From Utricularia gibba (lineage: Eukaryota > Plantae > Magnoliophyta), in assembly GCA_002189035.1 (NCBI GenBank), contig NEEC01000015.1, positions 124,001 through 188,000 of the forward strand: 64,000 nt of DNA, read 5' to 3'. How positions within the stretch are numbered: position 1 is the first letter of the stretch; every line of letters begins with the position of its first letter. The notes under the pieces were generated by a model, which was not told the DNA's origin, made no database searches, and worked only from the letters and a program-made list of their open reading frames with translations. Below are positions 1-14,381 of this stretch, in pieces. The translations under genes and the position numbers were made by a program.

Positions 1-798
1 TTTGCTAACTCGTGATGGCTATTTGGTAAATATTCACAATGGGCTCCTTTTATCTTGTGAACGCCGTGTCAGCGTTGGCCGTAAGCAGTTTCTCCTCGTG
101 TTCTCCTGCGTGATAGCTATTGTGTTGGAGATTGGTACGTAATTTCTTGAGATCGCTGATCTTGTCTTGGATCTGATGGCATCTGAATTTCTTTAGCGGT
201 GGTTCTTAGATTTCGGTATTTTCAACCTGTGTTGAAGGTTTCTCCGATTCTGCAATTTCATTATTTTGTTCCGTGGAACCTCCTCGATTTTTAGACGAGT
301 GGTCTTGTTTGAAGTTGCCTTGGAGGTTTTTCTAATGCACCAGCCTTTTTATTTGGATGAGCCGATTGTTTGACTGTGTATTTTCTTGTGCATGAAATGC
401 ATCCTTACCCATCCCCGGGTTGGTGCTGGTTTTGTACTGATCGGGAACCGTCTCTTTCGGTTCAGATCTATTGGTGCTTCTGTTCGGTTTTTTTTTTAAA
501 TTTTTTTTTTGGTAATTACCGAGGGTGCTACTGCGAATGATTTTTAAGAAAACTGAATGGGATTCCGCTTTGCAACGTATACCAGAATATTCCAATCGTT
601 CTTCGCAAATATTACTACAAGATTTAAGATTGTCTTATTTCTTTTTTCATACGTATGACTCACAATATGGACTGAAAGAATGACCCAAGTTATGTAAGTA
701 TAGACACTTTCGCCTGTGTATAATTGAGGGAACAATGATTAGTGGTATTCCTGTTATAACGATCTGGCTTCATCAGAGAAACTATTTATATTTCATGA

Positions 799-2118
<1,320 letters not shown>

Positions 2119-2811
2119 AAGTTGAAGTGGTCTACTGCACCTAGTTTTGTCCAGTGTTATACTGTGTGTGTGTCACCGTGTTGCTACAGGCTCTTGAAAA
2201 ACTGCTCGTTCTGTTAGTTACCTTGTGGAACGTATACTTGTCTTTTTTTTTATCCATCGGTTTTGAATGTAAAACGACGGCCGGAATCCGTCTTCTGGCC
2301 CCTAGAACATAATCCACTTGTCACTTAGTGGAATATGCGATAGAAAATTAGTGCACAGTATGAATAAAGGGTTGTACGCCAGTCATTTGATTTGTGGCCC
2401 CAGGGAGTTGAGTGCACGCACATTGAGAGGTTCTGAGGATCCGGTGCATGATGTTCACATATCTTTGTCTTGTCTGTGTGTCGTGGACGCGGCTCCATAC
2501 TCTTGACCATCGGATATCACAACACATGATGCTGTGTTATTTCTGCTATGTTGGTAAACCTGCAGGTAGGACCCTGCATGGCTCCCACTCCATTCTCCTT
2601 TTTTAATCAAAGACTGCACAGGATTTACTTGAAATCTGAATTTATATGGTAAATGAAGCCTGCTGCAGGCTGTGGCAAACAAATGACTCTGCTCCCGTCT
2701 CCTCCTCCTCCTCCACTTGCACACCCGTGGATGGCGGTGGGCTTCATTGAGAGCGAGATGCCAAACCTCAAATTCTGTTCTCAGCCACCCAAATTCCCCC
2801 TCCCTCTTTCG

Positions 2812-2849
2812 TATTTATAAATAGACGGCAAGACAGATGGACACGTGGC
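2812..2849. promoter_or_regulatory. Palindromic TATA (TATTTATAAATA, 2812-2823) next to a consensus ABRE/G-box (GACACGTGGC, 2840-2849)
   Basis: Both motifs are read directly from the sequence. ACGTGGC is the established ABRE core. The site lies about 700 bp upstream of GolS. Confidence 0.5.
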
Positions 2850-3544
2850 AGAGAGGAACATCTGAGAGCGACTGACTTAGCCGGTCACTGGAGGACACCT
2901 GTCCACCTAACTGATTCCCTTCAACCTGATTGATTTTTTTATTTTTAGTCGGACGAGTTTTGTGGTCGACATAAAAATAAAATTGTGTATAACAAAGGCA
3001 CGTGATCATGATTATTCCTTTGGTTGTTTTAAAACTCTAAAAAAGGGAATAGTGCGTGCACCAAGTAAATCAATTCCATTCCGATTTTGTAATTTACGCA
3101 CTGCTCGGGAGTATCTTGTTTCTTATATGTATGTATATATGGGATACCTCTAGAACATCCATAATAATGGCCAGTCGGGACAGCCCACAATGTTAAAAAG
3201 ATTCAGGAAAACACTTTAAAATATGCAAATGATGATTCTTCGAATGTGGACCTGCCAACTAAAACAATCTAATCTCAGCCGTCCGTCCTGGTGATAAGGC
3301 TGAATCCACGGCGGGATGCCTTCCCCATCATTTTATTCCCACGCCGAAAAGGAAAACAAAAAGGGGACAATGAATATTTCACGGCTTTTTATCTCAATTT
3401 CATTTGAATCGCATTTCGCATGTCATTTGACGTCTATATAACCTCCGCAGCAACACCGTCTCAAACTCAGGAAGAAGGCAGAAGAGGCAAGAGTTAGCGC
3501 ATCTTTTTACTAACTCTCTCCCAGTCTAGTCTTCAACCCCTCAA

Positions 3545-4746
3545 ATGGCCCCCGTAGCACCGGTTGATTCTCTCTACAAAGCGCCCCCCGCCGCCGACGC
3601 CACCAAGGCCTATGTGACTTTCTTGGCCGGCAACGGCGATTATGTTAAGGGAGTTGTTGGCCTGGCCAAAGGTCTCAGAAAGGTCAACAGCGCCTATCCT
3701 TTGGTCGTCGCCATTCTGCCGGATGTCCCCGAAGAGCATCGTGAACTTCTCCGATCCCAGGGATGCATCGTCCGGGAGATCGAGCCCATTTACCCACCGG
3801 AAAACCAGATTCAGTTCGCCATGGCTTACTACGTCATCAACTACTCCAAGCTCCGTATCTGGAACGTGAGTTTATATCTTTCAACTACCAAACGATTTTG
3901 TGTTCCTTGTCTTGACCGATGTGGGATTCGTTGTTGCAGTTCGTGGAGTACAAGAAGATGGTCTACCTAGATGCTGACATCCAAGTTTACGCCAACATCG
4001 ACCATCTGTTCGACACCCCGGACGGCTACTTCTACGCCGTGATGGACTGCTTCTGTGAGAAAACATGGAGCCACTCGCCGCAGTACAAGATCGGTTACTG
4101 CCAGCAGTGCCCAGAAAAGGTGACGTGGCCGACGGAGATGGGTTCCTCTCCCCCACTCTACTTCAACGCCGGCATGTTCGTTCACGAGCCCAGCAAAGAA
4201 ACCTACGAGAATCTCCTCGCAACTCTCCGCATCACACCACCAACGCCTTTCGCTGAGCAGGTAAATACAATATAATTAAAATAATAGCCAACGCCATGTT
4301 AAAAAAAATATTTCTTTTTGCAGGATTTCTTGAACATGTTCTTCACCAAAATCTACAAGCCGATCCCTCTCATCTACAACCTCGTTCTTGCGATGCTGTG
4401 GCGCCACCCTGAAAACGTTGAGCTCGAGAAAGTTGAAGTTGTTCACTACTGCGCTGCGGTAATTGCGACTAAGTGAATCGTTTTTTTCTTATTCTGGAGT
4501 GTGTGTAAATAGGGGCGGTGTTTTAACGAACGAACGAATGATCAGGGCTCGAAGCCATGGAGGTACACTGGTGTGGAGGCCAACATGGACAGAGAAGACA
4601 TCAAGATGCTTGTGAAGAAATGGTTTGATATTTATGATGATTCTTCTCTGGACTACAAGCCCCTGGAGTCCCTCTTGAAGCCAGCAATCTTGGCTTCTCT
4701 TCCCGAACCAGGGGTTTCTTACATTCCTGCCCCCTCTGCTGCTTAA
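3545..4746 (+). CDS. GolS: Galactinol synthase (GT8), 4 exons
   Basis: Exons 3545-3865, 3940-4260, 4324-4458 and 4546-4746. Motifs AYVTFLAGNGDYVKGVVGLAKGLRKV, YLDADIQV, FAEQDFLNMFF, HYCAAGSKPWRYTG and the diagnostic C-terminal APSAA*. TATATAA at 3435-3441. Confidence 0.97.
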
Positions 4747-5199
4747 GGCGCTTCACGACCCGATTGCCCGCAGCAGGAATGCTATCCAACCAACATGTAT
4801 CTTAATTTCAATTGTTTTTGGTGTGTTGTAAGTAAAAGTATGCAATGTGCTTCTCCTGCAATCACCCAATACAATGACTATGTTATGTTTTAGCGTCTCA
4901 TTTCCAATAACAAGTATTCATGAGCAAATTTTGATGGGCATGAGAGGGTTAAATGGACTGCAGTAGTCCGTGTCAATTATTGGGCCTCGATTGTGGCCCT
5001 ATAAAGCCCATATGTACCAGTGCAGCCCTCCAGTCGCATCCATTTGTATCTGTTTGCGTTTGAAAAACCGGTTGAATGGCGGTGTTTCCTCGAATCACAC
5101 GTCGATCCGTTTTGTGGCGTGTTTTCAGTCGGATCGCAAGTTGATTTTGATTTGATCTGGTCGCTGTTGAATATTATCAATAGAAGGTTTGGGAATTTC

Positions 5200-6420
5200 A
5201 CGATTCGCTAATCCAGAGGATGACGGTGAGTTGCTTGTGTTTTCTGGCATATGCTTCTTGGATTCTGACCTGATCTTGATTTTCGATGCCAGACGCAGCG
5301 AATCGAGTGAAATGAAGAATACGATAACGTGTGTGCATAGAGATTGCGATGGTTGTTATTGTTTTCTCCGCCGATTGAATTCTTTCGAAATCCAGTTTTG
5401 AAAGCAGTCTAATCGAACTCTCTGTTGAGGTAGGTTGTCTATGTTTTTGAGCGTAGATCTCATTTTTCGAATAACTTTAGTGCATGACGTGTTCACTCTT
5501 TCCTTATGTTTAGTGTTATTACTTTCCTTAATTCCTTCGTTTGCAATGTAGATCGAACTCGTTTTCTTGTTCTTTTTAGAAGGTCGAAGAAAATCTCTAA
5601 TGGAACAGAAACTGTAAAGATGAGTTGCTCTTAGAAGAACGTAATGAAACAAAGTGGTTGCGCCTCCCCAGGTATTTTCCTTATGCATTAGCCACCGCTC
5701 GTTATCCCTGCACTTACTGAGGTACATCTCGCGATCGGACATGCGTAAGATTCGAATCTGCCTGTTATTTTTTGTTGAATTTCTTGCTGATTTCCGCGTT
5801 TCGCTACACTTGCCGTGGATGAAGCTTTAATAGGCGATGGGAATTTTGGATCCGCTTAATCTATTGAAAACGGGAGTTGCTCTTCATGCAGATCTGGTTG
5901 GAGACTTTCGCCGCCTTTCGATCTGAGCAAGTCGCACACTGTCGAAACGGCTTCGTTTTTCTCCGGTGTAGGCGCCGTTGTACGGTTCTCATGTCAATAA
6001 AAATACCTCCTTCAACGGCAGTGTGGCAACCGGCTCCAGGCTGCGAACAAATGCCTTCTTTAACGGCGCGCTATCTTCTCTTTTTTTCCGGCGGAGGAGT
6101 CGTCATATCGGCTTGAAGTTCCCGCCATTGATCTCGTCCGCCGGCACTATCTGGTGCATCCCTTGAACCCGCACATAAGAGGAGAACCGTTGTGGTCAGA
6201 AACAATAAAAGCTAAAAGTAGGCTGAGTATTATATGAGAAGGAACACCAACGAGGTTATTTTGTTATCTTTTTTCTTGTTTTCTGATTTGTTGTTGCGGT
6301 TGACAAATGGCGGCAGTCTCTGGAGTAGACTGGAGGGAAAACACAAGGCACATCAACCAGATTCGCCCTAACACACGGCCACTAGTAAGAGTCTTCACGC
6401 AATCTATACATTGAATCTGA
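5200..6420 (+). repeat. Diverged non-coding locus, copy 1 (paralogous to about 36225-37385)
   Basis: Colinear shared blocks, including identical AAGCAGTCTAATCGAACT (5402-5419 vs 36400-36417), TTCACGCAATCTATAC (6394-6409 vs 37365-37380) and the CG|GTGAGTTG donor (5226 vs 36253). No shared ORF seen. Confidence 0.7.
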
Positions 6421-9400
6421 AATAGGTGTCTTCTAGAATTGACTTTGAACCAGAGAATTGCCGATGCACTTTCAGTTAAAACTTTGTGTGAGATTTTCCT
6501 TGTCAGCAGCCTGTCGGTTAGAAGTGTGACTTGACCATCAATGCCACCAATGGTCTTGCCAATTGCTGTTTTCTTTATTCTTCTGGGAATGAGTTTTGTT
6601 TCCGGCATTTGGATCTTGTTATCTTCATCTCGTCAAGTACGTCAACTCTTTATTTGGTTTGATTATTGTTATGCATTGGTTCGTGGGAAATGATTTTTGG
6701 AGCGACAGGTGTGTTTTCGCAAGGAGATCCATTGATCATATTCCTCATAGGTTAGCCACGAGATATGAGGAGTGATGGTAAGATTCAAAGTTTTAACATT
6801 ATGCTGATATTCAAAGTCGTTATAAAATACGGTTACTCATAGGATATTTCAAGTAGTGAATCCTAAGTTCCGTACACTGCTCGTATGGCCTTTGCTTGAA
6901 ACTACAAAATAATCCGAGAATAGATCATTGCGGTAAATGGCAGTAAAAGCTGGCGGACCGTTTTCGAATTACAGGCCATACTGTTTAAAACCACAGAATT
7001 CTTCAAAGGCCCACGATATATCGTAGGGCCATTATATCATCTGAGGGCCCAAACGTCGTACATTTAATTTTGCTGGTAACTCCCTACCCAGAAGAGAACA
7101 GAGAAAATGCCTTGCAAACCTTAAAAGTTAAAATATATTGTACGTGATTTATTTACAATAAAACAAAATTAACGATTTTATTGTCGGACCCAAAACCCAA
7201 TTACAGTCTAAATGACTTCCTAACCTGACCAACTTTTTGAAATCTTTAATCAATATCCAATTAAAACCCGAAAATACACCCAAGGGTTGGATGGCATTTA
7301 TGCGTAAATAGGACTATCGCAAACAAAATAAACCATTCAAGTGAATTCATCCCTAGTCAAACGTAGACGAAATTTAGTGGTAACCTAAGGGTTACAACAC
7401 GATGGCAGATAAAATGTAGTGTCATTTTCCAGCAACCTACGTAGGGGCTTAGACTTGATGCCACGGGCAACATAAAGTGTCATCCAAGTTTGATGGTAAT
7501 GTAAAGTAACTCCACGGAAGAACTTCATTCTAACCTAACGGGAAAAGGCCGAAACAAATCACACCAAACGACCCCTTTATACATCTTACTACACAGACTT
7601 TACACCAACGGACTACCATTTATTTTACATCTATCAACTTAAATTTCACCTTTTAATCTCAACACTAAAATAGAAATCAAGAAATTGTTGAACAGCAAAA
7701 ATATGGACATGTTATTCCTCCCGCATTACCATTTTCAGACACCAACTACTTAATTAATCATTTAAGCTTCCGTCCATGAGGACCACACATGACAATCAAT
7801 CACATAAATTCAAGTGAAAAACAATGAAACTCATGGGAAATAAGTTAACGAAAGACATGCAGATTTACGAAATAAAACTAACATAAGCTAAAAGAGGGCC
7901 GACCTTGCATCAGACATGTTGATTGGCTGAACCTTCAGTTGATACCACAGGGCTGAAGTCAAGGTCTAGGAGCTCCAAGGAACCTCAGATGAAATCATAA
8001 CGTACTCCCTTCAAGCTAATATTTTTCTTCAACAAAAAACTTTTTTCACGAATGGATATGCCAAAAGATTGCCATGAGAGACATGTGAACCATACATGAC
8101 TGTTACATACAAATATAAGACACCAGATACCTTCACAAATTGATTTTCGAACGAAAAGCATCACGTTTGGCATTAACATGTGAACCATGAATGAGCGACA
8201 TACACTTTCTAGACTTTTCAGCGCAATCCTTGCTCTGATATTCTATCTGTACCGTGAGCGTGGCAGCTTTAGTGATAAATGCTCACCCCATAATCAAATC
8301 ACTACATATTCAGAAAACGGTGGATCATCTAGACAAGAAATCCATTACTAGGATTGGTGGTTATAGGAAATTAGGAAAATAATGAAAGGCGGATGTCTGT
8401 CAGCGCAATTATGTTTGTTGCGACAGATTAGTTGTTTATTCATAGCCACAGCAATTTGAAATCCAGATAGATGCATTCCTTTATCTACAAAACTAGACAC
8501 TCATCTTATCCTGAAGACATCACTAACCTGTGGACGGTTCCATCGTGAAGAATGGGCATGAGGCTGTTCATTCCTCAACAGGTGCCGAAGAGAAACTCAA
8601 GAAACAACCTTAGAAATTCAAAGTAAAAACAACCTTCAGATGAAGCACCAGAATACTTATTCTGAGAAAAATTAACAGTATTGAAACCCACACTTCAACA
8701 AGGAAAATTGCCGACGATGTCAGTTAGACAGCAGGTAGAACAATTAGGTCGGAATACGTGGAACTTCAACGAGTTAGCAAAGTTTCTGACCATAAATGGT
8801 GTGAACAGGATACACGAGAATCCGAGCAGGCGAATACCATAAAATTCATGAATGTAAACAGAGTTCACAAAATGCGGAAGTTATCGTCTGTAATCACTAC
8901 TGCATATGCAACAAAACGCAGTCCAAACAAGGGAGGTACCTTAGGACTTTGACCTTAGGCGAGTTCCCCGGGTAGATCTGAATACTTGGTGCGAATCCCG
9001 CACTAAAACGTGATCAAATTGAAAATAGTCCGTTGAAATCGTCATCTCCGTGAATCCTACGCATTGTATTATCAACTGAGAAATGTTACGCAAATGAGTT
9101 TCCTAGAGTTCCTGGATTAGAATACTAACGCGAAAAGCTCTTCCGTGAAATGATCGGAACCGGAATGGATCCGCGCAACCGCATTGCAATTCTTATCATC
9201 CACCGCGCTCGATAGCTCCTTGGAGAGATCGTCGCCGCTTCGGCAGTGAGCTCTTCGGAAGGATGTCTGCGTCCCGATTCAAAAATTTGAAAATAACATT
9301 TGTATGTTGGGCCCAGTCTGCAGAACGGTAAAGCAAGTGTCAATCCCTCTCCCCACGTACGACAAAAGGCCCAAAGAAAGGAGCCAGGAATTTTTTGTTG

Positions 9401-11577
9401 GACCAGAAGATGCTGATTGGCCCAAATAGCCAGTCCAAGGCGATGTGGTCCGCCATGGGGAGATTCTTCTTTTCAAGGCACAACACGTGAAGGAGATTCC
9501 TCTTGGCGAAGGAAAGCTTCGTCATTTTGGTGCAACATTTCTTTCGGCTATCCCCATGAAAAACAAAGGAGACCCTCTGGAAGCAACAAAATGCCTTGGT
9601 TGGAACTGGAAGAGCTTCTCTTACGTGCCCGGTTCAACACATGAAGAAGGAACTAGGAAGCCATCGCCAAACACCAACAAAATCAATTTTAAAATGAAAA
9701 GAAAAAGAGAAGATCGATGGTACATTGAAATTAAATTTTTAAAGAGAAAAATGATGATACGTGCACGTCATCGATAGGTCAGCATCAAAGTTCACGTTTT
9801 TTTTTATTTGTTTTTTCTACACACAGCACATGGCACCACGTAAAAGGAATCCGTTTTGGTGGAGTGAGGCAACGAACCGTGTAAACTGGATAGTGGATAC
9901 ATCCTACTTTTCTAATTGCGCATTAAAAGGGGTAATGCGCGTATGTAGGTAGTGGGAGTTGGGAGAAGAGGCATGTGTTTGTTGTAGTTCCTCATAGATG
10001 ACAGTTCTGGAAGGAAATGCACACTCACCCGACCTAAACTTCCAAATTAAAGTGCCTGTGTGGTTATGGGATCACAAAATCAGTAAGCTATTTAATGTGG
10101 ACTGCAGTAAAGTTGGACCCAACGTGGCCCAGTTGATAGAGACACCGAAGCAAAAGCTTGGAGGCATTGTCATCTTTTCTTATGTTTGGCCAGGCTACCG
10201 CATCAAGTATGACACAGAAACTGTCTGGGTTGGGCGCTGCCGCTGTCCATTTTACTCGTTTCGTAAATGCATGCTATGGCGCTTACCTGACTAACCATCC
10301 ATCCTTGGCGGGAGTGTTTTCCGGAATCAGAATACAAATTTACAAGGAACTTCCCTCCTCAATGGATCGTGAGTAAGTAACGTGGGGAGCCAACCCCAGG
10401 CGAGCCGAGCCGAGGCCGAGGTATATACAACATTTGGGGAAAGGACACACGGTGCAGAAACTGATGTGAACGGGGGGAGGCGCCGGTTTCCGGGAACAGG
10501 CCACCGCAGGACACCAAAGCGTACCGCACTCCTCACTGGCGGAGGGACCGCTGTCCACATGTCTTTCCCATCTCCGGGAGGGAGCGCCTGCCCCGCCCCG
10601 CCCCATATTCTTTGGGCAACAACGTAACCAATGGCGCTGGCGCTGGAATAAAAAAGGGGGAGTTATCCTGTAAATGGGAATGGGCGTGCCATCCTCATCC
10701 CAACATATTTAAATCCTGAACCACGTACACGAGACGAGAATATAACTGAGGGAGGAAGGTGTGTCATCAGAAAACGACGACGTATACAGCTTCTTCTTTT
10801 TCCATTTCTGTTTTTTCTTCATCCATTTTCCATGTGGGCGCCTCGCCAGCCACACAATCGCAAGTGTGAAGGGGGCTGAGCTACCCGTCACGGGCTGCCT
10901 GCCTTATTCCCCTCCCTCCCTCCACTCCTCCATAGGCATGCATCCCATGTATTAATAGTCTCTCCTCTCCTAAGAAAGCCCCTTCTTTCTTTCTAATCCC
11001 CTGCTTAAGAAAACTAAATACCATACCAGGTTCTTTTGGGGCACCCATAGCATATACATTTACAATATTACAAATTTATTGGGTACTTGCAGACAAAAAC
11101 AAAGCTAAAACCGCGTCCCCTCTCCCTCCCTCCCTCCGAGCCTCCACTTCTACCGGTCCCATGCCTCCGAAGACGCGTTTTCTGTCCCATTCCAACCTAA
11201 ACTTTTTCCCATAATTGTGCGCCCCTAGACGAGGAGATGGAGATGGGCTGGCCCTGACCCCCGAGTGCTAGGCTAAAATTTAACATTGGATTTGCGTCTC
11301 ACTGCGGTTACTCTGATGGGATGTGGTTTATTATTATTATTATTATAACTTAGAAATTCCAAATTTACAGCTCTGAATCCACCGGTCAATATTCATTTAC
11401 TTGCCCCTATTTATTTACTTGCTATATTGAAAGCAGAAAATTATAATCTACTCGTTTTTTAAAATTGCACTGCAGCAGCAGGTTTCCCTTTGTTGGCCGC
11501 CTTTCACTATAAAAGGAACGGCATCCTTCCGCAAATCCATCTGCTCCGGAGCTTCCCTTTCATCCCAAAAGGATACC

Positions 11578-13589
11578 ATGTCCCACGCGCCTCCTCCGCC
11601 GCTGCTCCGCCTCCCCCTCTTGCTTATCTTCATCTTGATTTCCGATGTAAAAACTCCGAAAACTCTCCATTTGTTTTTGTTTCAAGTTACGGAGTGTGAA
11701 TGCTGGGTTTTTGGTAGCAGCTCATAAATGTGGGATTTTCTGATGTCAATTAATGCAGGTGGGAGGAAGCAATGTAGCAGGAGAGAGTAATGGCGGGGAG
11801 AATCCCTTCACTCCCAAGGGCTTTCTGCTTCGGTACTGGAAGAAACAGATCAGCAACGATTTGCCCACCCCGGAGTTTTTGATTTCCAAGGCGTCACCGC
11901 TCACCGCCGCCGAGTACGTAGGGTTTACGAAGATTGCCAACGATCAGAACTCCCTCACGGCACATTTGCAGGATTTCTGCGCCAAGGCTAACCTTTTGTG
12001 TTTCCCCGACTTGGCTCCTAGTTTGGAGAAACACGACGGGGAAGTGAATTTCGCGAATTACAAGAATCAGAACTTTACTGGTTACGGAAATAATCGTCTC
12101 GGGGGGAAGGATAATTTCCAGAGCTACACCGAGAACGACAATGTTGTTATCGACACTTTCCGCCGTTACAGCCGCGGCGGTACCGGCCACATCGACAAGT
12201 TTACCGGATACGCCTCGGAGTCGAATGTTGTGGACCAGAGTTTCAACACCTACGGCACTGCCGCCGTTGGTGGCGAGGGCCAATTCACCAATTACAACGA
12301 CAACGTGAATGTGCCCAATCTGCGCTTCACATCCTATTCGGACGGCGGCAACGGCAGGAAACAGTCTTTCACAACCTATACCAACCTAGCCAACTCTGGC
12401 AAGGAGGGGTTTGCAGCATATGGGAAAAACGGCAACGCTGCCGTGAACGCATTCACGAGCTACGGCAATGATTCTAATGTAATGGGTTCCGGTTTCAAAA
12501 ACTACGGCGAAAGCGGCAATGGGGGAACAACACCTTCAGTTCTTATGGCTTCAATACAAATGTGCCGGAAAATACCTTCCAGAACTACGGCGCAGAAGGC
12601 AACGCTGCCACAGAGACATTCGCGAATTACAGAGAGCAGGCGAATGTGGGTGACGACACATTCAGTTCCTATGGCAAGCAATCAAACGGGGCGAAGAACA
12701 ATTTCGTCAATTACGGAAAATCTTTCAACGAAGGCAGCGATAAGTTCATTGGCTACGGCCAAGATGCCACCGGAGAAGCAAGTAGCTTCAAGATTTACGG
12801 TATGAACTACACCTTCAAGGAATACGACAAAGAAGGCAGTACCACATTCGCCAGTTACAGTAACGAGACCTCATCAGCCGCGGAAGCATCCATGGTTGCC
12901 AGCAGCAAGAGGGCAAACAGATGGGTTGAGCCCGGGAAATTCTTCAGGGAAGAATTGTTGAAGGAGGGAACGATAATGCCCATGCCCGACATTCGCGATA
13001 AAATGCCGATTAGGTCATTTTTACCGCGTGTAATCGTCTCCAAATTCCCATTTTCGTCCTCAAATCTCCCAGAAATCAAGAAGATCTTCCACGCCGGGGA
13101 CGATTCAAGTACGGCGAAAATGGTGACCGAGGCCCTGCGCGAATGCGAACGCGCACCGAGCCCCGGGGAAACGAAACGGTGCGTGGCGTCAATGGAGGAC
13201 ATGATCGACTTCGCGACGTCGGTGTTGGGGCGGAACGTGCAGGTACGCACCACCGCGACGACGGCGAGATCCAATGGCGAGATTATGCTGGGGAAGTGAA
13301 AGGAATCAACGGTGGCAAAGTGACGAAATCGGTGTCGTGCCATCAGAGCCTCTACCCTTACCTGCTGTACTACTGTCATTCTGTTCCTAAGGTTCGGGTC
13401 TACGAAGCGGATATTTTGGATCCGACAACGAAGACGAAGATCAATCACGGGGTCGCCATCTGTCATCTCGATACGACGTCGTGGAGCCCGGACCATGGCG
13501 CGTTCCTTGCCTTGGGCCTCGGCCCGGGGCAGATCGAAGTGTGCCATTGGATTTTTGAAAACGATATGACCTGGGCTGCTGCAGACTGA
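11578..13589 (+). CDS. BURP-domain protein, polygalacturonase-1 non-catalytic beta-subunit-like; two apparent 1-nt frameshifts
   Basis: Signal-peptide exon 11578-11646, then exon 2 from 11759 (ENPFTPKGFLLRYWKKQISNDLP, many FxxY repeats). The BURP domain (VEPGKFFRE; CH-x10-CH-x25-CH-x25-CHW) ends at 13589. The frame jumps at G5 12521-12525 and G4 13290-13293. Confidence 0.9.
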
Positions 13590-14103
13590 TCGCCAGAGCC
13601 CCCCGCCGGCCCCTTCTGGTCCAATGAAAGCCAGTTGCGTTGCACAAAGGGTAAACCACTGGCTCGACCACCGTCTCTCTCTCTCTCTCATTGCTTTCAA
13701 TTTACCACCATCAATCACCTCCTGGAATTGATTCACTTCATGTGTACATTACATCCTTTGGTCGCACACCACAGCAGCTTCTTCTTAATCCCCTAAAATC
13801 AATCTCTTGATTTTAGCACCGCCACGACCTCTTTTGAAAAAAAAAAAAATCTGAATTTTTTGTTCTTTCTTTAAAAACATGTGTATTTTGAATCCGGTAT
13901 TCAATTTTTTTCATTCGGTTATCTAAAATTTCAAGATTCGATATTTTATTTTTTCGGAATTCAGTTCTGAAAAGGAAATATTATTTATTCCTTTAATTAT
14001 GTAAAGCCTACGGGGAAATAAGATTTGCCCGCATGAAAGAGGTAGACTAGCAGCTGCGTAAACCATCCTGAATGCTGAGATTTGAGACCGACATCCTCCT
14101 CCT

Positions 14104-14381
14104 CTAGGGATAGCCTAGATGATGATTAGAGGGGATCCATGATGCGTCAGACGTCGATAGCTGAGATGATTGACCTTGTGTAGAGCTCTCGGCGGTGGCG
14201 GGGGTGGCGGATCCGGCCTCAGCGCTTCCCGCAGGGTTTACGGACGGTAAGTAAGCAAGACAATCGGCATCTAACAAGCAAACAAAAAGCAAACATAATT
14301 GATTGATGTACATGTACCTGACACCATGGCTGAAGAGATGAGCAGCAGAAGCAGTAAGAGCTTCACCAACTTGATATTCAT
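14104..14381 (-). CDS. Small secreted Pro-rich peptide, copy A (three-exon subfamily; last junction out of phase by 1 nt, possibly a pseudogene)
   Basis: Exon 1 14381-14318 (MNIKLVKLLLLLLLISSAMVS), exon 2 14224-14175 (ALRPDPPPPPPPRALHK), exon 3 14114-14104 (GYP* if entered in phase 1). Junctions are homologous to copies D and E. TATAAG about 40 bp upstream of the ATG. Confidence 0.55.

Noticed and set aside
8961-9003. GTGCGAATCCCGCAC hairpin resembling a tRNA T-arm
   Set aside because: The loop is 5 nt, lacks TTCG, and no cloverleaf can be built.
12855-13736. 293-aa and 129-aa (11894-12283) minus-strand ORFs
   Set aside because: These are antisense shadows of the GC-rich BURP coding sequence, with no recognisable domain.
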